A stretch of 64,000 nt of DNA, from NCBI GenBank assembly GCA_963814845.1, contig CAWFEP010000014.1, forward strand, positions 84,993 through 148,992, given 5' to 3'. The notes under the pieces were generated by a model, which saw only the letters and a program-made list of their open reading frames with translations, searched no databases and was not told the origin of the DNA. Source of the DNA: an uncultured Actinomycetota bacterium. GTDB taxonomy: Bacteria > Actinomycetota > Actinomycetes > JAFAQI01. Positions 35,001 to 42,835 of this stretch are shown here, piece after piece; the stretch's first letter is position 1; the number at the start of each line of letters is the position of its first letter. The translations under genes were made by a program, and so were the position numbers.

Positions 35001-35271
35001 CGAGTGCCAGCCGGTAGCCCGCCGCAGACTGCTGGATCAGATCAGCGTCGCCGAGCGCGCGGCGCAGTCGCGAAACGAGCGACTGCAGCGCGTTCGCCTC
35101 GTCAGCCGGCGGACGCTCGCCCCACACGGCATCGACCAGGGCGCTTGCGGCGACCGGCTTTGGCGCCTCAAGCGCGAGAAGGGTGAGCAACGACCGCAGC
35201 CGCGCACCGGCGATCTCGACGTCACCGTCAGCACGACGCACCTCGAGCGGTCCGAGCATGGCGATCTGCAC
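32057..35271 (-). pseudogene. AfsR/SARP-family regulator (wHTH-BTAD + NB-ARC ATPase + TPR), one frameshift near 33.62 kb
   Basis: N-terminus (V)QIAMLGPLEVRRADGDVEIAGARLRSLLTLLAL...AVWGE.PP...NALQSLVSRLRRAL plus BTAD (…ALALWRGDAL…LDEQRLDARADLIEAQLELG…). P-loop LVGPGGAGKTRLA. ...RLAVFSGGVTPRAAAAVC continues in another frame as LRLDDLDDLLASLVDKSLLHV..., followed by ~500 aa of TPR-like helices. GTG at 35269-35271 or ATG at 35257-35259 could be the start. Confidence 0.85.
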
Positions 35272-35334
35272 AACAGCCAGTATCCCAGTGCGTACGGCCC
35301 GCTCTCGGGCGCTGACAGTGCCAGACTGACGTCC

Positions 35335-35700
35335 GTGAACGAGGTGCCGCCAGAGATTGCCGAAGCGGCAAAGCGCCGCCTGGCGGCGGCTCGGGCACTG
35401 GACATGCGCAACAACCTCTACGGCGCGGCTGCAGCGTACCTCGCCTGGGCGCTCGAGGTGCTCGTCGGCCTGAACCCGCTCGACACCGCGCACAGTCTGA
35501 TGGACGGCGCGACGGTCGAGTCGTTGCTGGTCGGCCATCTCCCCGTCTCGGAGCCGGAACTGGATCGGCTGCGCGCCGAGGTGCAGCAGATGTCGGACCG
35601 GGTGCGGGCGATGACAGACCCGTCACAGCGTGCAGTCGATGCAGTCGCAAATATGAATGAGGCAGTAAGCCTGATCGAAGCCGCGCTAGCGGCGAGCTAG
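35335..35700 (+). CDS. Hypothetical helical protein (start uncertain: GTG 35335 or ATG 35404)
   Basis: The 3' part of ORF 34840-35700 lies outside the SARP gene and has normal composition (…AEAAKRRLAAARALDMRNNLYGAAAAYLAWALEVLVGLNPLDTAHSLMDG…AVANMNEAVSLIEAALAAS). The upstream part of that ORF is antisense to the SARP gene and is rejected. Confidence 0.35.
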   Translation: MNEVPPEIAEAAKRRLAAARALDMRNNLYGAAAAYLAWALEVLVGLNPLDTAHSLMDGATVESLLVGHLPVSEPELDRLRAEVQQMSDRVRAMTDPSQRAVDAVANMNEAVSLIEAALAAS

Positions 35701-35824
35701 GTCACTCGACCCGCTCCTGGCGGATCGATCCAGTCGCAACCGAACCGCCCGCCGGTCGCAGCCGTGACACACATATGGCGGCACCCGAGCCGGGTGCGTC
35801 GGAGACAGATGTGTAAGGGAGTAG

Positions 35825-36331
35825 ATGACAGTGAGCACAATTGGGAAGCTGGGCGCAACCGGCGTGGCAGCTGCAGCGTTGGCAATGGTCGTGGCCGGCT
35901 GCGGAAGCAGCAGTAGCAGCGGCGGCGGGACGACGACCTTGTCACCCGCGAAGAGCGTGGCGGCGAGCAGCCTCAAGACCCATTCGACGTCGGTCGGCAC
36001 GGTGCTCGTCAACTCCAAGGGCCTGACCATCTATGAGCTGGTCGGCGCGACCGCGAGCAACCCCAAGTGCAACTCCGCCTGCCAGGCATTCTGGCCACCG
36101 GTGACCTCCGGTGGCAGCCAGATCGTGGTCAACGGCCATCCCGCGTTCACGTTCTCTATGGACTCAAAGGCCGGTCAGGTTCTCGGTCAGGGCGCCAAGG
36201 ACACCTGGGGCACTTGGTGGGCGCTGGACGCCAGCGGTAACCCGATCACCAGCAAGGCGGGATCGACCCCATCGTCACCGCCGGCCTCGCCGACCTCGAG
36301 CAGCACTGGCGGCGGCGGCTACGGCTACTAG
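35825..36331 (+). CDS. Lipoprotein with SCO0930-like / Lipoprotein_15 repeat (COG4315-type)
   Basis: RBS AAGGGAG. Lipobox LAMVVAGCGSSSSSGG. Motif GTVLVNSKGLTIYELVGATASNPKCNSACQAFWPPV is typical of this secreted repeat family. The tail is Ser/Pro-rich. Confidence 0.8.
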   Translation: MTVSTIGKLGATGVAAAALAMVVAGCGSSSSSGGGTTTLSPAKSVAASSLKTHSTSVGTVLVNSKGLTIYELVGATASNPKCNSACQAFWPPVTSGGSQIVVNGHPAFTFSMDSKAGQVLGQGAKDTWGTWWALDASGNPITSKAGSTPSSPPASPTSSSTGGGGYGY

Positions 36332-36347
36332 CCCAATTCTTTCCGGT

Positions 36348-36402
36348 GATCTTGACGTAGGTTCCCGTGCGAACGCCTTGCAAGGGAACCTACGTCAAGA
36401 TC
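36348..36402. terminator. Perfect 19-bp inverted repeat with 17-nt spacer between convergent genes (probable bidirectional hairpin terminator or protein-binding palindrome)
   Basis: GATCTTGACGTAGGTTCCC (36348-36366) pairs with GGGAACCTACGTCAAGATC (36384-36402). The flanks extend the pairing imperfectly (7/11). It starts 17 nt after the lipoprotein stop. No U-tract. Confidence 0.5.
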
Positions 36403-36441
36403 GGCGGGAAGATTGAGACGTCCCCGAAGGTCGAGACCCGA

Positions 36442-36515
36442 CTGAATGTGTAGCAGGCAACTGAATGTGTAGCGGGCGACCGTGTGTGCAGCGGCTACTG
36501 GGTTTGCAGCGGCTG
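36442..36515. repeat. Four degenerate ~19-bp tandem repeats
   Basis: CTGAATGTGTAGCAGGCAA / CTGAATGTGTAGCGGGCGA / CCGTGTGTGCAGCGGCTA / CTGGGTTTGCAGCGGCTG. The last two units run into the 3' end of the minus-strand ORF 36495-37034. Confidence 0.6.
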
Positions 36516-37034
36516 CAGGTGTCGGACGCCGAAGCGACGGCTGCCGTCATCGATAGCGTTCTCGATATCGGTCAGGTGGTCCTGATGGGCTCGCAGCATG
36601 ATCGCGAACTGGGACGCCTCCGGGCGGTTCTGCTCCTCGTCGATGTAGCGGCGTAGCTTCGCGATGGTCTCGAGCTTCTCCTGCCGCTGCGCGGCGAGGG
36701 CATAGACGGCGACGCGTTCGCGATCGTCCTCGCTGGCACAGTCGATCTCGGCACCAGCATCATTGAGGTCAGCGAGGGTCGTTGTCCAGGTCGAGTGACC
36801 CTGCGGCATCAGCCGGTCCATCTCGCTGTCCGGCACCTCGATGCGCAGCAGCACGTCGTAATCCGCGAGATGGGAGCTGCTCGCAGTCAGCACCAGCTCG
36901 ACCTGCTCGTCCTCGGGGTTGTCGCCTGACAACACCGCTTGCGGCCGGTTGGTGTGGTGATACAACCTCATCGGGTGCCCTCGCACATCGTGTCGCTCGT
37001 CGTCCTCAGTGTGGCTCGTCCCCTTAAATTGCAT
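36495..37034 (-). CDS. Hypothetical acidic protein (179 aa)
   Basis: ORF with ordinary composition (…LVLTASSSHLADYDVLLRIEVPDSEMDRLMPQGHSTWTTTLADLNDAGAEIDCASEDDRERVAVYALAAQRQEKLETIAKLRRYIDEEQ…). No family recognised. Confidence 0.5.
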   Translation of the reverse strand: MQFKGTSHTEDDERHDVRGHPMRLYHHTNRPQAVLSGDNPEDEQVELVLTASSSHLADYDVLLRIEVPDSEMDRLMPQGHSTWTTTLADLNDAGAEIDCASEDDRERVAVYALAAQRQEKLETIAKLRRYIDEEQNRPEASQFAIMLRAHQDHLTDIENAIDDGSRRFGVRHLQPLQTQ

Positions 37035-37129
37035 GCCGTAACCGCCGGCATGTTGTGCTCAATCTTCTATTTCGGCAGGTCGCACGCGTCGCGACACCGC
37101 CTAATGCCGCCAATTTCGCCCGATCGGCA

Positions 37130-38002
37130 CTAAAAGTCGGCGACTACCGGGATCACTCGCTCGCCCAGCACCTCGATTGGAGTAATCGAGGCGGCATCAG
37201 GAACCGAACCGTGGTAGTGCGTCACGCCGAGATCGGCGAGGTGGCGCATCTCGGTGATCAGCCCGTCGATGTTCGCGCCGCCCGGGCCAGGGTCGAGCGG
37301 GCCCATCACGGTCTTCTCGATCTCGTCGTAGTCGCGACCAACGTCGTCACAGTGCTGGCGGAGAACCTCGAGCTTGTGCTCGAGCTCCGGACCGGGGAAC
37401 AGGTTGCAGGCCTGCGCGTATTTCGCCACGAGCAGCAGCGTCTTGCGCTCACCACCACCCCCGATCAAGATCGGCGGGTGCGGCCGCTGCAGCGACTGGG
37501 GTGAGTTCAGGGTGCGCTCCAGCTGGTAGTGCACCCCGCGGTACGGGCCGTCGTCCTCGCTCCACATCTGCAGGCAGATCTGCAGTGCTTCCTCGAGCCG
37601 CTCAAACCGCTCGGCCGTTGGCGGGAACAACAATCCCAGGCCAAGCGCCTCTGGCTCGTTCCAGGCCGCGCCGATGCCGAGCCAGGCCCGGCCTTCGGAG
37701 AGCACGTCGAGGGTGGTGACGGCCTTCGCGAGCAGACCCGGCGAACGGTAGACAACAGCGGTCACCCAGCCGAGCAGCTTGATGCGATTGGTGCGGGCGG
37801 CGAGATAGCCGAGCGTGGTGTACGCCTCGAGCATCTCGTGCTCTGGCGGGCCGATGTGACCGATCTGCCAGACGTGGTCCATCACACTGAGCTTGGCGAA
37901 GCCGTTGTCTTCGGCCACGGTCGCGATGCGGGTCAGGTCCTGCGCGATGCGCTCGGGCCCACCCGGCCAGGTGAAGTTCGAGACGTGAATTCCGAGTTCC
38001 AT
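37130..38002 (-). CDS. LLM-class (luciferase-like) F420-dependent oxidoreductase
   Basis: MELGIHVSNFTWPGGPERIAQDLTRIATVAEDNGFAKLSVMDHVWQIG...LEAYTTLGYLAARTNRIKLLGWVTAVVYRSPGLLAKAVTTLDVLSEGRAWLGIGAAW is the characteristic family pattern. Confidence 0.85.
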   Translation of the reverse strand: MELGIHVSNFTWPGGPERIAQDLTRIATVAEDNGFAKLSVMDHVWQIGHIGPPEHEMLEAYTTLGYLAARTNRIKLLGWVTAVVYRSPGLLAKAVTTLDVLSEGRAWLGIGAAWNEPEALGLGLLFPPTAERFERLEEALQICLQMWSEDDGPYRGVHYQLERTLNSPQSLQRPHPPILIGGGGERKTLLLVAKYAQACNLFPGPELEHKLEVLRQHCDDVGRDYDEIEKTVMGPLDPGPGGANIDGLITEMRHLADLGVTHYHGSVPDAASITPIEVLGERVIPVVADF

Positions 38003-38047
38003 GCGCATCCATCCTCAAGCCGCTGCGTCCACGCTAGTACGCAGTGA

Positions 38048-39361
38048 TCAGGCGTCTTCCCACAGCGGATCTATCGCCTTCGTCAGCAGCGCGGCGACGT
38101 CGCCGAGTCGATGCTGGCCGCCCTCAACGACGCGCTCGCCAGCCACGATCACCGTGTCGACATCCGCCGCGGTCGCGGCAAGCAGCACCTGGCCGACGTC
38201 CGAGCCGGTGGTGCGCACGGTGTCGAGGCGTACGGCGATGAGGTCGGCAGCCGCGCCAACCTGCAGCCGGCCGGCGTCCGGCCAGCCAAGGCTGGCGTGC
38301 CCGGTCAGGGCGCTGACCAGCTCAGCCGGCGTGAACCGGCCACGTTGCAAGCTGCTCAGCCGCTCGTGCATCTCCAGCGCCCGGGCTTCCTCGAACATGT
38401 CGAGGATGGCGTGCTCGTCCGAGCCAAGCGTGATCGGGCATCCGGCGTCTCGTAGCCGACGCGCCGGGCCGATGCCGTCCGCGAGATCGCGTTCGGTGGT
38501 CGGGCAGAAGCAGGCGGTGGTGCGGGTACGGCCCAGCGTCGCGATGTCGCCATCGGTGAGATGCGTCGCATGCACGACCGTGGTCTCCGGGCCGAGCACA
38601 CCCTCGTCGTCGAGCAACGTGGCTGCGGTCGCGCCGTAGAACTCCTGGCAGGCGATGTTCTCGGCCGGTTGCTCGGACAGATGAGCGTGCACCGGTCGAC
38701 CCGCCCCGACGAAGCTCACCGCACCAAGCTCCTCGCGGGGTACCGCTCGCACCGAGTGGATCGCCACGCCGACGGTCATGCCATCCGACGGTGTGAGTTG
38801 CTCGACTCGATCGGCCCATCGGCTGACATTGCCATCGCTGAACCGCAACTGCGGGCCGACGAGCGGTTTGTGCCCACTCGCGTCCAGACCGCCGGTGAGA
38901 TAGCAAGTGTCGAGCAGCGTCAGCCTGATCCCGGCGTCCGAGGCAGCCTCGCGAAGCGCCTCCGCCATCGTGTTCTCATCGGCATAGCGTTCGCCACCAG
39001 GTGCGTGGTGCAGGTAGTGGAACTCGCCGACGCTGGTGACCCCGGCCAGCGCCATCTCCGCGTAGGTGCCGCGCGCGAGCGCGAGGTAGGCATCCGGGTC
39101 GAGGGTCGAGGCGACGGAGTACATCGCCTCCCGCCAGGTCCAGAACGTCCCGCCGCCGCTGTTTGTGCGCCCACGCAGCGCGCGGTGAAACGCATGGCTG
39201 TGGGCGTTAGCGAGGCCGGGAAGCACCAGGCCGGGCAGCCGATTGGCGTCAGCTTGCTCGCTGTCCGCGTCGACCGCGGAGAAGCGCCCGTCAGTGACCT
39301 CGAACCGCACGTTGCGCTGGATGCCGGATGGCAGCCAGGCATAGTCCGCGAACCATCTCAT
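38048..39361 (-). CDS. hutF: Formimidoylglutamate deiminase-like amidohydrolase
   Basis: …LPGLANAHSHAFHRALRGRT…GGTFWTWREAMY…, …EFHYLHH… and …AIHSVRAV… give the metal-dependent amidohydrolase signature in the arrangement I associate with HutF/guanine-deaminase-like enzymes. 4-nt overlap with the upstream gene. Confidence 0.7.
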   Translation of the reverse strand: MRWFADYAWLPSGIQRNVRFEVTDGRFSAVDADSEQADANRLPGLVLPGLANAHSHAFHRALRGRTNSGGGTFWTWREAMYSVASTLDPDAYLALARGTYAEMALAGVTSVGEFHYLHHAPGGERYADENTMAEALREAASDAGIRLTLLDTCYLTGGLDASGHKPLVGPQLRFSDGNVSRWADRVEQLTPSDGMTVGVAIHSVRAVPREELGAVSFVGAGRPVHAHLSEQPAENIACQEFYGATAATLLDDEGVLGPETTVVHATHLTDGDIATLGRTRTTACFCPTTERDLADGIGPARRLRDAGCPITLGSDEHAILDMFEEARALEMHERLSSLQRGRFTPAELVSALTGHASLGWPDAGRLQVGAAADLIAVRLDTVRTTGSDVGQVLLAATAADVDTVIVAGERVVEGGQHRLGDVAALLTKAIDPLWEDA

Positions 39362-40548
39362 CGGGCCAACTCCTCGAGCACGGTGGCGAGCGCTTCGACG
39401 CCCGCCACACAGTCGTCGCGTTCGGCATATTCGGCCGGCGAGTGCGACACGCCACTTGGGTTGCGGACGAACAACATCGCGGTCGGGATGCCGGCACCGG
39501 CAAGGATCCCCGCGTCATGCCCGGCGCCGGTCGCAAACATCGGCGCGTCATCGAGCATGCTCGCGATCCTTCCCGCCAGGTCCGGGTCGAATCTGGTCTC
39601 GCCCGTGAAGGACTCCTCGCTCGGTGTTGCGTTCGCGGCCATCCCGACATCATCAACGACCGCACGCACCGCCGCCTCGACCGGCCCTCGAGCGTCGAGC
39701 CACGCGATGACGTGTGAGGCGATCGCGTTGACACCGTTCGGCTCGATCACCACCTTGCCGACGGTCGCCACACAGTCGTGCGCCTCGGCGGCGCGACGGG
39801 CAGCGGCGATCGTAGTGGCCAGGGTGAGCATCGGGTCGTGCCGGTCTGCCAACCGCGTCGTACCGGCGTGGTTGGCCTCGCCGGGCAGGTCGAGGCGCCA
39901 GCGACCGTGCGGCCAGATCGAGGAACCAACGCCGACATTGCGGTCGAGATCGACAAGCCCCCGACCTTGCTCGACGTGGCACTCCACGAAAACACCGACC
40001 CGACGCAGCGCTTCAACGTCTCGCCCGAGGTGCCTCGCGTCATGACCCGCGGCCTGCATCGCGGTCGCCATGTCGACGCCGCCCGCGTCGGTGAGGCCGC
40101 GCGCTCGGTCAGGCGACATCACCCCGGTCAGCAGCCGCGACCCGGTGCAGGCGACCCCGAATCGGGCGCCCTCCTCATCGACAAAGTTCACTACCCCGAT
40201 CGGCCGTGACGGGATAATGCCCTGCTGCCGGAGCAGGTCGATCGCCGCAAAGGCGGAGATCACGCCAAGTGGGCCATCGAACGCGCCGCCGTCTGGGACC
40301 GAGTCCAGGTGAGACCCGGTCACCACGCCGGGGCGACCCGCATCGGCTGACGCGTCGGCATCGCCCCACCACGCCCACTGATTGCCCGCCCGATCAGTCG
40401 CCAAGTCAAGCCCTCGCTCGGCGCTCTCCGCGGCGAACCACTCTCGCAGGCTGGCGTCCTCGGCAGTCCAGGCGAACCGCCGATAGCCCCCGGTGCCGCC
40501 ATCGCGGCCGATCGGCTGCAGTGCCGACCACAGCGAATCGAAGGTCAC
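39358..40548 (-). CDS. M20-family amidase (allantoate amidohydrolase / N-carbamoyl-amino-acid hydrolase type)
   Basis: …GGYRRFAWTAEDASLREWF…DRAGNQWAWWG…VVTGSHLDSVPDGGAFDGPLGV…FVDEEGARFG…SGAGHDAG… is typical of the hydantoinase/carbamoylase amidase family. Confidence 0.85.
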   Translation of the reverse strand: MTFDSLWSALQPIGRDGGTGGYRRFAWTAEDASLREWFAAESAERGLDLATDRAGNQWAWWGDADASADAGRPGVVTGSHLDSVPDGGAFDGPLGVISAFAAIDLLRQQGIIPSRPIGVVNFVDEEGARFGVACTGSRLLTGVMSPDRARGLTDAGGVDMATAMQAAGHDARHLGRDVEALRRVGVFVECHVEQGRGLVDLDRNVGVGSSIWPHGRWRLDLPGEANHAGTTRLADRHDPMLTLATTIAAARRAAEAHDCVATVGKVVIEPNGVNAIASHVIAWLDARGPVEAAVRAVVDDVGMAANATPSEESFTGETRFDPDLAGRIASMLDDAPMFATGAGHDAGILAGAGIPTAMLFVRNPSGVSHSPAEYAERDDCVAGVEALATVLEELAR

Positions 40549-40617
40549 GGGCGGGAGCCGTGGACCGCGCGGATGCGACCGCGTCGAGTCGTCCGTTGCC
40601 GCATCTGCTCCTGCTTT

Positions 40618-41205
40618 CTAGCGAGGCGTCGAAGGTCCGGGCGCGAACGCTGCACCATGGCCAGGCACGATGCGGTCGGCGACCGCGAGGATCCGCTCCC
40701 GTTGCGCCCTGAGCTCGTCGGCATCAGCTGAGTACGGATCCTCAAGCGGACCATCCGCTGCCCACCACAGGTGAGTCAAGGCGATGATGCCGTCGGTGGT
40801 GCCGACGAGAACGCTCAGGTCCTGCGGGGTGTGTCCAGGGGTGGTGAGCAAGCGCACCGACGGTGACAGCGCCACTCCATCGGCCGGTCGGTCCTCCCAC
40901 AGATCGCGGGTGTAGACCGCCTGGTAGTCGTGGATCGGCACCTCGCCGAGCAGCGCGACGTTGACGGTGTGGTCCGGGTGGTGGTGACTCAGGATGACGT
41001 CGGTGATGTCCTGCGGCGATACGCCGAGCGCCGCCAGCGGGTCGAGGATCGCCGCGCGTGACGGCACCATCCCCGGATCGACGATCATCACCCGTTTGGC
41101 CTCTCGGACCAGGCTGACCGTCCCGGCGACCCGGACGTCGGCGTATCCGGTGAACAGCACGTCGAGACGGGCTCCGCGAGCGAGATACGTGCCGTCCGTC
41201 GTCAC
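40618..41205 (-). CDS. MBL-fold metallo-hydrolase
   Basis: ILSHHHPDHTVN is the HxHxDH motif, with …TPGHTPQD… downstream. The start was set at GTG 41203-41205 (MTTDGTYL...). The ORF is open up to 41292. Confidence 0.8.
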   Translation of the reverse strand: MTTDGTYLARGARLDVLFTGYADVRVAGTVSLVREAKRVMIVDPGMVPSRAAILDPLAALGVSPQDITDVILSHHHPDHTVNVALLGEVPIHDYQAVYTRDLWEDRPADGVALSPSVRLLTTPGHTPQDLSVLVGTTDGIIALTHLWWAADGPLEDPYSADADELRAQRERILAVADRIVPGHGAAFAPGPSTPR

Positions 41206-41317
41206 CGGGACACCGTACGGCAGCGTGCGGGCAGCGTGACAGTGCCCAATCGTTCGCCAGCGTGAATTGCGGCGATTGGCGCTGCTCCACACCTGACGGG
41301 GTGCCGATGATCACGAC

Positions 41318-42835
41318 ATGAGCGGAGCCTTGGCCGAAGATCGCAACCTGGTTGCGGTCCTCGCCGGCCTGGGCGCGCGGATTCACGCGGGCCTCGGGCT
41401 GGCTGACACCCTCGACGCCATCGCTGCGGCAGTGGTGGAGTTCATCGGCTTCCAGGTCGCCGCGGTCAACCTGCGTCGCCCGGATGGCTCGTTCGAGGTG
41501 GTGGCGGTCGCCGGCTCTGAGGACGCGGCCCGCTCGCTCCTGGGCACCTCGATGCCGAAAGAGGAGATCTTCGTCGAGATGAGCCGCAGCGAGGAGTGGG
41601 GCACGCTGCGCTTCGTCCCGCATGAGCGCGCGACGAACAACCTGTCGAGCGTGTGGATCCCGGATATCGAGGTCAGTGATGACCCTGATGCTTGGCATCC
41701 GCTCGACCTGCTCTTCGCCCAGCTCACCGCTCCCGGCGGTGAGCTCGTCGGGCTGCTCTCGGTGGACATGCCCGAGAGCGGAAAGCTGCCCGACGCCACG
41801 CAGCGCGAGCTGCTCGAGGCGCTGGCGCTACAGGCCGGCATCGCGATCACCAGCGTTCGGCTCACCGAGGAGCTACATCACGAACGCGAATATCTGCAGC
41901 GTGAGCAAACCCGGTTAGCGGCGAGCGAGGCGGCGTTCCGGTTCTCCTTCGATGGATCCGCGACCGGGATGGCGCTGGTCGGTCTCAACGACACGGATCT
42001 CGGCCGGTTTCAGCGCGCGAACGACTCCTTCGGGCGAGTGCTCGGCTACGCCAACGAGGATCTCCTGCTCCACCCGATCGATGCGCTCGTCAGCCCGGCG
42101 GACGCTACCCCGCTGAGCGAGGCACTGCGGTCCGCAGCAGAGGGATCGCTGACGGACTTCCGGCTCGAGAGCCGGTTCATCCGCTCGGACTCGCAGGAGG
42201 TCTGGGTGGCGATGACCGCGACGGTGATCGACCCGGGCGATCAATCGCGATTCCTGCTCATCCACGCCGAAGACGTCAGCGCGCGCCGGCAGCGAGAGGC
42301 TGACCTGCAGCACCAAGCCAGCCACGACCCGCTCACCGGGTTGCCTAACCGACGCCTGCTGCTGCAGCGGCTCGACTCGGCGGTCGCGCGCGCTCAGCGG
42401 CACGACCGGACGACGACGCTGCTGTTTTGCGACCTCGACGGGTTCAAGTCCGTCAACGATCAACGGGGTCATCTGGCGGGTGACGCCGTCTTGCAGGAAA
42501 CCGCCGCGCGGCTCGCCGAGCAGGTGCGGTCACGCGACACCGTCGCCCGACTTGGCGGTGACGAGTTCGTGATCCTTGCCGAGGACCTCTCGCCCGAAGC
42601 CGCCGAGCAGCTGTGCTTCAGAATCGCGACGTCCTTCGCACGGCCGTTTGAGGCGATCGGTCTCCCGCTCGGTCTCAGCATCGGCCAGGAGACGATCACC
42701 CGTACCTCGTCTACCGGTGTGGCCGTGCTGCAAGCAGCGGACGAAGCGATGTACCGAAACAAGATGAAGGGCGCCCGGCCGTTCGTCGGACCACAACGAT
42801 CTGAGCCGCTCGATCCGCTGCCTGAACGGCCCTAG
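41318..42835 (+). CDS. GAF-PAS-GGDEF diguanylate cyclase
   Basis: GAF-like N-terminus (…TLDAIAAAVVEFIGFQVAAVNLRRPDGSFEVVAVAG…), PAS (…FRFSFDGSATGMALVGL…) and GGDEF (LFCDLDGFKSVNDQRGHLAGD…RSRDTVARLGGDEFVIL). Confidence 0.9.
   Translation: MSGALAEDRNLVAVLAGLGARIHAGLGLADTLDAIAAAVVEFIGFQVAAVNLRRPDGSFEVVAVAGSEDAARSLLGTSMPKEEIFVEMSRSEEWGTLRFVPHERATNNLSSVWIPDIEVSDDPDAWHPLDLLFAQLTAPGGELVGLLSVDMPESGKLPDATQRELLEALALQAGIAITSVRLTEELHHEREYLQREQTRLAASEAAFRFSFDGSATGMALVGLNDTDLGRFQRANDSFGRVLGYANEDLLLHPIDALVSPADATPLSEALRSAAEGSLTDFRLESRFIRSDSQEVWVAMTATVIDPGDQSRFLLIHAEDVSARRQREADLQHQASHDPLTGLPNRRLLLQRLDSAVARAQRHDRTTTLLFCDLDGFKSVNDQRGHLAGDAVLQETAARLAEQVRSRDTVARLGGDEFVILAEDLSPEAAEQLCFRIATSFARPFEAIGLPLGLSIGQETITRTSSTGVAVLQAADEAMYRNKMKGARPFVGPQRSEPLDPLPERP

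Noticed and set aside
42832-42835. CTAG four-base stop-stop overlap of the two convergent GGDEF genes as a regulatory feature
   Set aside because: Convergent stop overlaps are common in compact high-GC genomes, and there is no evidence of function.
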